Source: a virus (lineage: Duplodnaviria > Caudoviricetes). Taken from it: a stretch of 36,570 nt of DNA. A model generated the notes under the pieces. The model made no database searches. It worked only from the letters and a program-made list of their open reading frames with translations, and was not told the DNA's origin. Shown here piece by piece: positions 1 to 8,640 of this stretch. The DNA is taken from positions 1-36,570 of IMG/VR virus record IMGVR_UViG_3300011339_000250. One strand, given 5' to 3'. Within the stretch, counting starts at the first letter, position 1; each line of letters starts with the position of its first letter. Both the position numbers and the translations under genes were made by a program.

Positions 1-161
1 TCGTACCAGCGCACCAGGTTGGCGTCATACCAGCGGCCAGCAGCTTGGTACTCCGTGCCGTTGCGGTAGATGCCTGGTGGAAGTTTCAATGGAAGGTACA
101 TGGCTCAACTCGGTAGGTTCGACACGAATGTCATGGTGGCGATCAATGATGCGGTTGATGG
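1..161. repeat. Terminal direct repeat, left copy (circular assembly overlap)
   Basis: 1-161 equals 36410-36570 except T/G at 67/36476 and 84/36493; it carries the 5' end of the 35032..36510 gene. Confidence 0.95.
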
Positions 162-749
162 ATACGCGCCAGCGGCAGCATAGGACTGAAGGCTGACCAT
201 TGTGCTGTCAGTCTCCCACCAAAGCTCAACATAATCATTGGTGTTCAGTTGCAAAAAATAATTCCAGCCAGACAAAATGTGGCCGTTGACTGATCCATGC
301 TTGCTCGGCACCGCAAAGAAACCTGTAGAGCCTGTGACCACCGTGCCGTTGATCTTGAGCCACACACGCACATCGTGGTCTTGGCTGTCAGTGTTCTCGA
401 ACTGGCCGGACCACTGCAAGTTCCAAATGCCTGCCTCAGCAACAGTGATGCGCGAGTTGCTGGCAACACTCACGCCATTGGTAAAGTCAACCGTGTCCAG
501 CGTCAAAGCGTATGGCGTGTTGCTTGTGGCCACCGTCTGATCGACCACGCTCTGGAAGGCCCCATGTGGCGTGTTCAAAAACTTTCCGCCTTGTGGGCCA
601 AACAGCGCACCCAGCACGCTGATGGTCTTGCGGAAATATGTGTTCAGGGCACCGTAGTTTTCACTGAAGTGCCTGCGCTCATACACCTCCGGAGCAAAAC
701 CGAGGCTCGGAATGGATGGGGTTTCTAATTGCTGCTTGACGTTGGCCAT
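105..749 (-). CDS. Putative tail/virion protein with beta-sandwich C-terminus
   Basis: ATG at 749 (MANVKQQ). On the circle it lies directly upstream of the tail-stabilisation gene. Beta-rich C-terminal half (VRVWLKING..YVELWW). Confidence 0.6.
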   Translation of the reverse strand: MANVKQQLETPSIPSLGFAPEVYERRHFSENYGALNTYFRKTISVLGALFGPQGGKFLNTPHGAFQSVVDQTVATSNTPYALTLDTVDFTNGVSVASNSRITVAEAGIWNLQWSGQFENTDSQDHDVRVWLKINGTVVTGSTGFFAVPSKHGSVNGHILSGWNYFLQLNTNDYVELWWETDSTMVSLQSYAAAGAYPSTASLIATMTFVSNLPS

Positions 750-756
750 GCCGCAA

Positions 757-1275
757 TTATTCCACCAGCCCACTCAAAAAGAGTGCTTTTTCTGCTTCCC
801 GCCTACGCACCAGTCCTGGCAGCACCTTGCCACCGCCCTTGACCCAGACCATAAAAGCCTCTGCGGCACCCTCCCAATCACCCCGGTTGGCCTTCATGCG
901 GATGGTGCTGCGCTGGAGATTGCCTAGTCCAAAATTGAAGGATATAGAGACAAGAGCGTCAAAAGCGCCTTGGCGGCCAACAACAGTGGGAACAAGTCGT
1001 AAAACACCACGTTCAAAAGACGCGACATCATCAGCGAATAATTCTTCGATTTCCTGCTTGGACCAGACACGGTTGTCCTCCGGCTTCAGTGGCATCTCTT
1101 TGCGGATCATCGGCACATCCTTGCCATCGGCACGGACCATGGGCAGCCTGATCTGCTCTTGGTACAGAACGTGGCCGTAGCCAATCGTCCAGATGTGGGC
1201 TGGGCACAGGTATGGTTTGTTCCTGCATCCCTCAAAGCGATGCATCAAGTCAGCACCAGCCTGGGACAGCTTCAC
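757..1275 (-). CDS. Endolysin, GH24 phage lysozyme
   Basis: FEGCRNKPYLCPAHIWTIGYGH catalytic motif, FDALVSISFNFGLGNL, GLVRRREAEKALF. Confidence 0.93.
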   Translation of the reverse strand: MKLSQAGADLMHRFEGCRNKPYLCPAHIWTIGYGHVLYQEQIRLPMVRADGKDVPMIRKEMPLKPEDNRVWSKQEIEELFADDVASFERGVLRLVPTVVGRQGAFDALVSISFNFGLGNLQRSTIRMKANRGDWEGAAEAFMVWVKGGGKVLPGLVRRREAEKALFLSGLVE

Positions 1276-1796
1276 TTCTTGCTCCAGTTACGAGATCCGA
1301 ACCAGAAACCGATGATGCCACCCAGCATTGCCATCTCATCAGGGCTGAAAATGATGTCGGCATAACGCAGCACATCATCCATGCTGTTGATCAAACCTGG
1401 GTTGGTGTAGAGGTAGTAGCACAGGAAGGCGTTGATGCACACCAGCTCCATGACAAATATGTATGTGACTGTGGGGCGCACTGTGCCAATGTAGTTGGCC
1501 ACCCAGCGGCTGGCCTTGGCCAGCACCGCCTTGTCGTGTTCTTGAGCGCCTCGCACCATCTGGGCCTCAGCCTCGGCCATCTGGGCCTCTGTTTGCAGCG
1601 CCACCTGCTCGGTGCGGATTTCTTCCACACGGGCCTGGGCCGCAAAGCCAGCAGCGGCCAGCGCCAGCTCACGCTCAGTTTGCACTTGGGCCAGCCGCAA
1701 CTCATGGGCCTGATCGGCCTTGTTTTGGAAATACTCCAGCAGCTTAGGCAAGCCAGAGATCAGCAAGCCGCCAAGGGTAGAGATAAGAGACAACAT
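1272..1796 (-). CDS. Holin-like membrane protein (3TM/GTA-holin-like)
   Basis: VRPTVTY transmembrane segment and C-terminal IIGFWFGSR motif; overlaps the endolysin start by 4 bp. Confidence 0.65.
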   Translation of the reverse strand: MLSLISTLGGLLISGLPKLLEYFQNKADQAHELRLAQVQTERELALAAAGFAAQARVEEIRTEQVALQTEAQMAEAEAQMVRGAQEHDKAVLAKASRWVANYIGTVRPTVTYIFVMELVCINAFLCYYLYTNPGLINSMDDVLRYADIIFSPDEMAMLGGIIGFWFGSRNWSKK

Positions 1797-1798
1797 GA

Positions 1799-2278
1799 TC
1801 AGCCTTTCGCAATCATCACAAGGTAAGCCCCAAAGCCCACCAACACAAAAACAAGGAACACCCCGCCAACAATGATCAGGATTTCCACCAACTCCTCGCG
1901 CTCTTGCTTGGCACGCAGTGCGCGATCTCTAGCCAGTTGCGCGTCCAGTTTGTCTTGCTTGTCCATCTCGGCCACACGGACCATGATGGAGTTCCAGACA
2001 TCCATGTTGTTGGGAAAAAACAAGCCCTTGACCTGCTCCTCAAAATCCCGCTGCGCTTTCAGATCCAGCTCGATCTGCACGGCCTTGCCCATGTTGGAGC
2101 CGCCACTGCTCTTGGCCTCCTTGAGCGCCTTAGTGACCTCGTGCTTTTTCTCAAAGTACTGACCCAGCAAAGGACCGAGGCTGCGCACATCATCCACTGT
2201 GGATGATGCCTCTTTGATCATGGCCACCGTCTTTTGGACAGCGGCCATGGCCGTGAGCGCAATGGTGATCGGATCCAT
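1799..2278 (-). CDS. Hypothetical membrane-anchored coiled-coil protein (lysis region)
   Basis: ATG at 2278 (MDPITIAL) overlaps the upstream TGA; C-terminal hydrophobic helix. Confidence 0.7.
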   Translation of the reverse strand: MDPITIALTAMAAVQKTVAMIKEASSTVDDVRSLGPLLGQYFEKKHEVTKALKEAKSSGGSNMGKAVQIELDLKAQRDFEEQVKGLFFPNNMDVWNSIMVRVAEMDKQDKLDAQLARDRALRAKQEREELVEILIIVGGVFLVFVLVGFGAYLVMIAKG

Positions 2279-2379
2279 CAAACAATCCCTCGGAGCAGCA
2301 AAACAACTTCTTTGACGCACCAGATCGTAAGCGCCACTACCAGGGCTGCCGCAATGAATGCAACAGCCCAATCTTTCAT
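2278..2379 (-). CDS. Small single-TM protein, 33 aa (MKDWAVAFIAAALVVALTIWCVKEVVLLLRGIV)
   Basis: Translated by hand; coupled by ATGA and TGATG overlaps on both sides. Confidence 0.6.
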   Translation of the reverse strand: MKDWAVAFIAAALVVALTIWCVKEVVLLLRGIV

Positions 2380-2555
2380 TTCAGTATCCAGACAGCCGAG
2401 AAGATAGTCCCGGCCATTGACAGCAGCATGACACCAGCCGTGCGCATCATGATGCCCTCAATGCGCTTCAGCCTGGCATTGATCTGATCATATCGAATGG
2501 CGCATATTTCTTCATGCGTTGACAGGCGTGCGTCTGTTGCGTCAATCGTAGCCAT
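2376..2555 (-). CDS. Small coiled-coil + TM protein, 59 aa (MATIDATDARLSTHEEICAIRYDQINARLKRIE...), XhlA/holin-like
   Basis: Translated by hand; GGAGGT SD upstream; C-terminal TM; lysis-cassette position. Confidence 0.7.
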   Translation of the reverse strand: MATIDATDARLSTHEEICAIRYDQINARLKRIEGIMMRTAGVMLLSMAGTIFSAVWILK

Positions 2556-3166
2556 ACTTCACTACCTCCAGGAACTGCGGGGGTTGGTGTGTTGGTGGTT
2601 GTGGTTTCGGTATTGGTCACCACAGTTGGAGTAGCCGTATTGTCAGTAATACTGCCACCAGCAAGGCGACCACTGTTGCCAGAGTTTGACCCACTGTTTG
2701 CTCCAATGCTGTAATAGCCAGAACCGATTACACCATTGCCGCCGATGGTTGTGACATTGGCTGCTGGTGCTTGAATCTGAGAAGCGATGCCGACAAAGGC
2801 TTGGTTGGTACTGACAGCCACAGCAGTGGCGTTGTCAGACTGCTTCATGCCAAGTTGCGTCTGCTTGTTGATGGTGTACACCTGACCAACAGTAGGCAAC
2901 AACAAACCTGTCCACTGCAAGGCGTAATCCGCCCAAGACTTGGGTGCAGCGATCTGAGTAGACTGTTGACCACCACCCATTTGCAGGGACATGACAGCAG
3001 CAACCTTGGCCGTGGTGTCACCTTGCTTGGCAATATCTGCCAGAGCCTGATAACGGGCTGTCTGAGCCGCTGCTTGTGCTTTATGGGCATCAGCATAGGC
3101 TGCGTATTCAGCAGTCGCACAGCCTGTTAAGGACAGTGCTGCAAGCAGTGGTGCAATCATTTTCAT
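2468..3166 (-). CDS. Putative lipoprotein
   Basis: MKMIAPLLAALSLTG-C lipobox; Gly/Ser/Thr-rich C-terminus; 3' end uncertain (overlaps the next gene by 88 bp). Confidence 0.65.
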   Translation of the reverse strand: MKMIAPLLAALSLTGCATAEYAAYADAHKAQAAAQTARYQALADIAKQGDTTAKVAAVMSLQMGGGQQSTQIAAPKSWADYALQWTGLLLPTVGQVYTINKQTQLGMKQSDNATAVAVSTNQAFVGIASQIQAPAANVTTIGGNGVIGSGYYSIGANSGSNSGNSGRLAGGSITDNTATPTVVTNTETTTTNTPTPAVPGGSEVWLRLTQQTHACQRMKKYAPFDMIRSMPG

Positions 3167-3468
3167 GCTTGGCTCCAAGGTACACCCGACTCCTGAACAG
3201 GATTGGCTTGTGCGTCAATTTGGCTTTGCAGGCTGGCTTCAACAGTGTCTTTGCCGAGGCTTGTCTGCACCCATCCAACCACCTGAGCTTCGGTCAGTTG
3301 GTCATAAGGAACGTATGTCTCGCCGGGCTGCTCTTGGTAGCCCACAGTGCCGTAGGTAGATGCGTTGTATGTGCCATCGGTGGCAGACACGTTGTAATGC
3401 ACTGTGACGACAAAGCCGTCAGCAGTGAGGCGATCCATTTGCGAGATAGTCCAGATGTAGGTTGTCAT
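3163..3468 (-). CDS. Tail-fibre-associated small protein
   Basis: Follows the fibre gene; YDQLTEAQVVGWV...GVPW motif typical of small fibre-adjacent proteins. Confidence 0.6.
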   Translation of the reverse strand: MTTYIWTISQMDRLTADGFVVTVHYNVSATDGTYNASTYGTVGYQEQPGETYVPYDQLTEAQVVGWVQTSLGKDTVEASLQSQIDAQANPVQESGVPWSQA

Positions 3469-3479
3469 GGTGGTTCCTT

Positions 3480-4853
3480 TTAAGGGTGGGTTGCTTTGTA
3501 TGCGTCAAACTCGGCTTTGAGTTCTTGGATGGCTTTGATGAGCATGAACGGCAAAACAGAACCTTTCAATTGCTTGTACAAAGTCTGGTCTTCTTTTGAC
3601 AGTGGCTCAATACCGTCTTGCACAAGACCCGGAAAAACTTGCTCAACTTCCTGTGCAATTAAGCCAAGTTCACGAGGTGTTTCATCTGCGTCATTGCGCC
3701 AGTTGTACTTAACGATACGAAGTTTGCAAATATCCTCAAGATAACCATCTCGCGTTGTCTCAATGTTCTTTTTAAGTCGCGCATCAGATGACCATGACGA
3801 TGTGCCATTGCCGTACAAGTACCAAGCACCAACACCAGATGTATTTCCCAAGAAATGATAGGTGCTGGTGTTATTGCCATTGGGTTGCAACTGAGATCGA
3901 ATAGAGTTAAATCCGGAAGTGTTTGTATTTTGGTAGGCAGTAAACACATTAGTGCTTGCGCCAAGTACAAGCATTTTTTCAGAATAGATCTGACTCGTAG
4001 TCCCCACCAGCAAGTTGCCACTCGCATCCAGCGTCATCGCCTGAGTAAGGCTTACTATGCCACCCGCTGTGCCGGATGGGGCCGTGTACCAAATGTGCTG
4101 GCTACTCCCCTGCAAATACGCACTTGCAAAGCCATTAGCTTTGTATAAATTATTTGTGCCATCAGCGTAAAAGTTTGAGCCAAGTACAACAGAATTAGCG
4201 TTTGCCCCCATGAAATAGTTAACGCTACCAGACAATTCCAAAGCTCTGCGACCACTTGCCCAAGCACTCGGAGTAACTCCCAAGCCGAGGTTGCCGGAGG
4301 CGTCGAGGCGCATCTGCTCAGTGCCGCTGGTGGCAAAACGGTGATTCAGTGCGTTGTAAACCAGCGAGGTATAAGCTGCACCGCTACGGTTATAAGACTG
4401 AACTGCGTTGTCACCACTAAAACCAACAACAGCCAACTCAATGCCGTTTGCGCCACCGTTTGAAGCGACAAATTTAACCGCTGGACTTGTTGTTCCAACG
4501 CCAAAATTCGTCCCATCAAACGTCAGCGCACTCCCCGTGGTCAGGACTTTGGAGCCGTTGAGGTAGGCCACGCCGTTGGCTGTGCCGCCGTTCAATGTCA
4601 GGTTCCCTGATGCAGTCAATGCCGCCAAGGCCACGGTGCCGGTCAAGGTGGGCGATGCCGACAGCACGTTGTTGCCAGTGCCTGTGCTGGTGCCAACACC
4701 TGTGCCACCCTTGGTGACCTTCAGCAGTGGACCAGCATCAAACAGCGCATCGATGGTATCCAGATCGGTGTTGATCTTGGTGCCCCAGGAGTCTGTTGAC
4801 GCTCCGACCTCGGGCTTGGTCAGGAGCAGGTTGGTCGTTGTGGTATCAGCCAT
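3480..4853 (-). CDS. Tail fibre with C-terminal intramolecular chaperone (peptidase S74) domain
   Basis: [10 protein letters not shown] cleavage motif, [23 protein letters not shown] coiled coil; repeated [12 protein letters not shown]-type motifs. Confidence 0.9.
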   Translation of the reverse strand: MADTTTTNLLLTKPEVGASTDSWGTKINTDLDTIDALFDAGPLLKVTKGGTGVGTSTGTGNNVLSASPTLTGTVALAALTASGNLTLNGGTANGVAYLNGSKVLTTGSALTFDGTNFGVGTTSPAVKFVASNGGANGIELAVVGFSGDNAVQSYNRSGAAYTSLVYNALNHRFATSGTEQMRLDASGNLGLGVTPSAWASGRRALELSGSVNYFMGANANSVVLGSNFYADGTNNLYKANGFASAYLQGSSQHIWYTAPSGTAGGIVSLTQAMTLDASGNLLVGTTSQIYSEKMLVLGASTNVFTAYQNTNTSGFNSIRSQLQPNGNNTSTYHFLGNTSGVGAWYLYGNGTSSWSSDARLKKNIETTRDGYLEDICKLRIVKYNWRNDADETPRELGLIAQEVEQVFPGLVQDGIEPLSKEDQTLYKQLKGSVLPFMLIKAIQELKAEFDAYKATHP

Positions 4854-4862
4854 ATTTCACCT

Positions 4863-5624
4863 CTATGCGGCAAGTTGCCATGTTTCCGAATTATCGACGA
4901 TTGGTGTCCAGCTTTCACTGCTGTCGGCAATCGCATCCCAAGTTTCTGAGGTGTCGTCCACAGGCGTCCACACCTCATCATTTTCTGCAATTGGTGACCA
5001 CGACTCAGCCGTGTCACCCTCTGCAATCCACTTCAAATTGCCAGCCACCGCCATGCCCGACTCGGCAGCAATCAACAGCACGCCATCACTCACCCGCGCC
5101 GCATCCACCGCCACCGACGACTCAGCCGCAAACGTCACCGACTGGTTGACGACCACGCTGGTGCTGACCGTCATCACGCCAAAGTCTTCGATCAGTATTT
5201 GGACCAGCGGTACGCGCACCGCATTGATGGCCATGGCGCTCTCGTCCACCGCAGCCGCGCTGCCGATGGCCACACGCAGCGCCGCAAAACTCACGCTGGA
5301 GGCGCTGGAGGCCGTGACCGCACCTATGGCATACCTGACACCAGAAACGGCCACTGTGGAGGCGCTGGAGGCCGTGGCGGCAGTGTCTGCCACGCGCTGC
5401 GCGGATGCAGACGCGCCGCTGGCCGAGGCCACAGAAAATGAGGCGTCCTTGATGACGTTGGTGGCCACAGCCACCGTGCTGGCCGCAGAAACAGAAAACG
5501 CACCTATGCAGATGCGTTTTGCTTCGACAGCCACCGTGCTGGTGGCTGCCATGGTCGCGGCAGTGAGGCTTACACCATACGAATAGTTGCCGCTGCCGTA
5601 TGGGCCAAGACCGTATCCAGCCAT
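4863..5624 (-). CDS. Ala/Ser/Val-rich virion (tail) protein
   Basis: N-terminal YGxGxYG motif, low-complexity beta repeats, acidic W-repeat tail (ESWSPI/EVWTPV/ETWDAI/ESWTPI/ETWQLA). Confidence 0.65.
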   Translation of the reverse strand: MAGYGLGPYGSGNYSYGVSLTAATMAATSTVAVEAKRICIGAFSVSAASTVAVATNVIKDASFSVASASGASASAQRVADTAATASSASTVAVSGVRYAIGAVTASSASSVSFAALRVAIGSAAAVDESAMAINAVRVPLVQILIEDFGVMTVSTSVVVNQSVTFAAESSVAVDAARVSDGVLLIAAESGMAVAGNLKWIAEGDTAESWSPIAENDEVWTPVDDTSETWDAIADSSESWTPIVDNSETWQLAA

Positions 5625-5625
5625 G

Positions 5626-6024
5626 TCATGTCAGGGTGACGTCGAGGTCGCCAGCAGGAATGCGCAGCACATCGCCATCGTTGATGGTGCGTGCCGTGGT
5701 CAGTGCCGCCCAAGCCAGCATGTTGCCGCCTGTCGATGCATCAAAGATGGCCGCCCAGCCGATGGACCCCCAATTGCCGCCAGATGCCGCAGCGAACTCG
5801 ATGGCCGCAGCGTTGGTGGCCGTAGTTGGTGATGTGCCCGATACCGTCATGGTGCCCGTGGCCTTGCGTGCGTAGCCGCTGCCTGACACCTCAGTGCCGC
5901 CGCCAGTGTCAGAAGGCGCAGCCGTGAACAGGCCCACATACCAAGCTGTTGGACGGGTTGCGCTGCCGTTTGTCAGCAGCCAGGTCAGCACCAGGCTTTC
6001 GGTGTAGTCGGTAAAAGATGACAT
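5626..6024 (-). CDS. Virion structural protein (tail-associated)
   Basis: YVGLFTAAPSDTGGGTEVSGSGYAR motif, common in phage tail modules. Confidence 0.7.
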   Translation of the reverse strand: MSSFTDYTESLVLTWLLTNGSATRPTAWYVGLFTAAPSDTGGGTEVSGSGYARKATGTMTVSGTSPTTATNAAAIEFAAASGGNWGSIGWAAIFDASTGGNMLAWAALTTARTINDGDVLRIPAGDLDVTLT

Positions 6025-6036
6025 GGCTTCGGTTCC

Positions 6037-6660
6037 TTATCCAAAAGTTTTTGCGCGGGTCAGCAAGGTGCCCCCAGATGACGCACCCCGATCATCGGCT
6101 GTGCGCAGATCATTCAAGGCACGCTCGTACAGCGTTGCCCATGTCTGAATTCTCGCATCGTCTTGCAGGTAAGGCGCAGCCTGAAGCAGCGCACCGTACA
6201 GATAAATGTCAGGGCTGGAGGTCAGCAGCCAGTTGGTGGTCACGCTATTTGACAACTTCGTCAATTTGGCAAAGTAAGTCAGCTCTGTGGTGTAGGTGCC
6301 ATCAGGTGTCGGCAGAATGCGCAACTGGTTGCCCACCACGCCAAAAAACTTTGGCTTGCCGCTGGCTGTGTAGCTGGAAGACTGCTCATCGAGCAGGTCA
6401 ATCGTCAGAAAAGACAGAGGCGTTGGTGGGTTGGTGCTGGTCAGCTTGAGTGACTTGGCTTCCAAGAAGTCGGCAGGCAAAGCGCCATACTGCTGGTCAA
6501 AAGACGCATTGGCCCGAACAATCATCTGGCGGGTGCGCAGCGTGCGCTCGATCTGCGCTTCTGCCAGGCTGATGAAGTCCGGGATGGTGGCCGACAGGTC
6601 TGACCTGTTGAGCCAGTCACCAATGGATGTCTTCAGCTCTGCGTATGTGCTAAGTGCCAT
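6037..6660 (-). CDS. Head-tail adaptor / tail tubular-like protein
   Basis: TYAELKTSIGDWLNRSDL..IPDFISLAEA..NWLL..PDIYLYGAL motif; position after the capsid genes. Confidence 0.75.
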   Translation of the reverse strand: MALSTYAELKTSIGDWLNRSDLSATIPDFISLAEAQIERTLRTRQMIVRANASFDQQYGALPADFLEAKSLKLTSTNPPTPLSFLTIDLLDEQSSSYTASGKPKFFGVVGNQLRILPTPDGTYTTELTYFAKLTKLSNSVTTNWLLTSSPDIYLYGALLQAAPYLQDDARIQTWATLYERALNDLRTADDRGASSGGTLLTRAKTFG

Positions 6661-7312
6661 TTTTCGCCTCTTTGTCCAGTTCCTCTTTCACGATCCATGT
6701 GTGGTCGTGTCGGAATTCAAACGTGCCGATGTGCCCAATTTCTTTGGACACATCGTGGTCGATATAGACCTTGTACCCGAGTTCCTGTGCCTTCTTGCAG
6801 AAGAACACATCCTCGCCCATGTAGCCCCGAGTTGTCTGCCATGGCATGTCGAACCATGGCTCAGACATACCTTCAAACACCTCACGCTTGATCAGCATTA
6901 TGCCCGTGCCAATGCTTCCCACCTCTTGCAAACCCGTCGATTCGGGCATGGTGTAAACAGGAACCCGCTTGCCGTTCTCGTCGTAGTTCTGAGCCGTGGG
7001 GCCAGTGGGCATTCTGCGCCGTGCGCAGTTGGCTGCCACGATCTCTTTGTCGTGCGCCAAGAGCCGCCCCACCAAGTCCTGGGGGAAGGTCATGTCGCTG
7101 TCGATGAACAAGATGTGCGTGCATCCCTCTCGCATCGCATCCAGGCAAAGGTCGGCCCTTTGGTTTTGGAGGATGGTGCCCTGCATCAACTTCAAGCTGA
7201 TGGCGTCATTGGTGTTGAGCGTGTGGTACGCCACAGCATTGACAAGACAGTATGTGTAGTTGGTGTGAACCTGGTCACGGGCTGGGGTGCAAACAGCGAT
7301 GTAGTTGCTCAT
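6650..7312 (-). CDS. Glycosyltransferase (GT-A fold, GT2-like)
   Basis: HILFIDSDM (DxD), GTGIMLIKREVF, GEDVFFC, GHIG motifs. Confidence 0.8.
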   Translation of the reverse strand: MSNYIAVCTPARDQVHTNYTYCLVNAVAYHTLNTNDAISLKLMQGTILQNQRADLCLDAMREGCTHILFIDSDMTFPQDLVGRLLAHDKEIVAANCARRRMPTGPTAQNYDENGKRVPVYTMPESTGLQEVGSIGTGIMLIKREVFEGMSEPWFDMPWQTTRGYMGEDVFFCKKAQELGYKVYIDHDVSKEIGHIGTFEFRHDHTWIVKEELDKEAKNGT

Positions 7313-7626
7313 ACTTTTCCTGGGCGTGTCCTAAAAAATTGATTATCAGAGTCGTTGAGCCATTTCTTCATGTACTCCTGATCATCAATCTTTCCCTCGG
7401 CCTTCATCTTGTAATACAGCGCCTCGGGAATGCTTGCGACCAGGTGCCACTCACCTGACCAGTTGGCTTTCTCGTCAACTGCATTGTAGATGGCTTTGTT
7501 GGCCTCGATCACAGCAGTCACGTCCTGCTGCGTCTCAATCGTCACATCACCTGTTTCAGCGTTCTCATGCCAAAAGCGTGTGATGCCTTGCTGTTCGTTG
7601 CGGTCAAAAAGTCTTTTGTGAATCAT
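7309..7626 (-). CDS. Conserved phage hypothetical protein downstream of the major capsid gene
   Basis: 105-aa ORF coupled to the GT gene; WLND.DN..FRT motif. Confidence 0.7.
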   Translation of the reverse strand: MIHKRLFDRNEQQGITRFWHENAETGDVTIETQQDVTAVIEANKAIYNAVDEKANWSGEWHLVASIPEALYYKMKAEGKIDDQEYMKKWLNDSDNQFFRTRPGKV

Positions 7627-7629
7627 CTT

Positions 7630-7659
7630 AAAAAAAAGGCCAGGTTTCCCTGGCCTTTT
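7630..7659 (-). terminator. Rho-independent terminator after the major capsid gene
   Basis: Minus strand reads AAAAGGCCAGG-GAAA-CCTGGCC-TTTTTTTT. Confidence 0.9.
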
Positions 7660-7673
7660 CCGTTGGCTTCAAA

Positions 7674-8636
7674 TCAAGAAGTAACCAAGTCAGCGGCCAA
7701 GCCGTGAGCGTTTTCAGCGGTCACTTTGTGGCCCCATTCAACGATCAGCATGCGCTTCTCGGCGTCACCTGTCTTGGCCAGTTCGACTTGCTGGTAAGGA
7801 CGCAGCACGGTCATCTTGGCGTAGTCAGGATCGATCACCCAAGCGTCACGCTCACGCTGGAAGCGGTTGGCGATGACTTGCACGTTGCCGAAATCGGACA
7901 CGTAGATGTCAACAGCGCCGACCAGAGTCGCAGGCTTTGCGCCACCGTCGATGTTGAAACGGCTGGAGGCGATACCAGAGAACCCAGACACGCGCTGCTT
8001 GTTCACAGGGCCGCACATCAAGATCTTTGGAGTACCACCAGCAGTCCACACCTTTTGGATGACGTTCTTCAGGATGGCTTCAGTGAACGTGCGGACGTTG
8101 CCGTCTGTACGTGCGCTGTTTGGCAGCGTGGTGTACGAAGGATCAACACCGTTGGTCTGTTTGTCGGTGTTGGTCTTGACGAACGCACCCAGCGAGGCAG
8201 TGGCACGTGCAGTGGTGGCATCGCCAGCCACAGCAATTGCGCCGTTCAGCATGCTGAATTCTTGGTCACGCTTCATCTCAGCGCCACGCTTGGCGATCTG
8301 ATAGGCCAGTTCCGAACGACGACCAGCCTTGTTAACCACTTCTTCAGTGGCCGACAAGATGATTGTCTTACGGCTGATCTGTGCGTAGTTTTGCAAACGC
8401 ACGGTGGCGGTCACGGCGTCGAACGACGACACATCGTCGCCTTCAAGCTGGGCGTTGGCAGCGGCTGCGGCCAAGGTGTCGGTTTGCCACTCGTACAAGC
8501 TGTTGGACACGTTTTCACGGCCAATGTTGCTCATGTAAGGGGTTTCTTCGGGTGCAATGTTTGTGATCACATTGGACAGGTCTTCACGGATACCCTTGGC
8601 AGAGTAGGTGGTGAAGGTATTGGCGACGATAGTCAT
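7674..8636 (-). CDS. Major capsid protein (SU10/DUF5309-like)
   Basis: REDLSNVITNIAPEETP, EWQTDTL, NYAQI, YVSDFG, LAKTGDAEK motifs; follows the scaffold and precedes a terminator. Confidence 0.9.
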   Translation of the reverse strand: MTIVANTFTTYSAKGIREDLSNVITNIAPEETPYMSNIGRENVSNSLYEWQTDTLAAAAANAQLEGDDVSSFDAVTATVRLQNYAQISRKTIILSATEEVVNKAGRRSELAYQIAKRGAEMKRDQEFSMLNGAIAVAGDATTARATASLGAFVKTNTDKQTNGVDPSYTTLPNSARTDGNVRTFTEAILKNVIQKVWTAGGTPKILMCGPVNKQRVSGFSGIASSRFNIDGGAKPATLVGAVDIYVSDFGNVQVIANRFQRERDAWVIDPDYAKMTVLRPYQQVELAKTGDAEKRMLIVEWGHKVTAENAHGLAADLVTS

Positions 8637-8640
8637 GGTG

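Noticed and set aside
2468-2569. C-terminal extension of the lipoprotein overlapping the next gene (readthrough or fusion)
   Set aside because: A single base change at 2569 (GGA to TGA) would end the ORF just before the next start. It may be a sequence error or a trivial stop loss and cannot be resolved without reads
5280-5550. Short DNA repeats (GGAGGCGCTGGAGGCCGTG x2; ACAGCCACCGTGCTGG x2)
   Set aside because: Explained by Ala/Ser/Val peptide repeats in the coding sequence; no reverse transcriptase or template/variable repeat pair for a DGR
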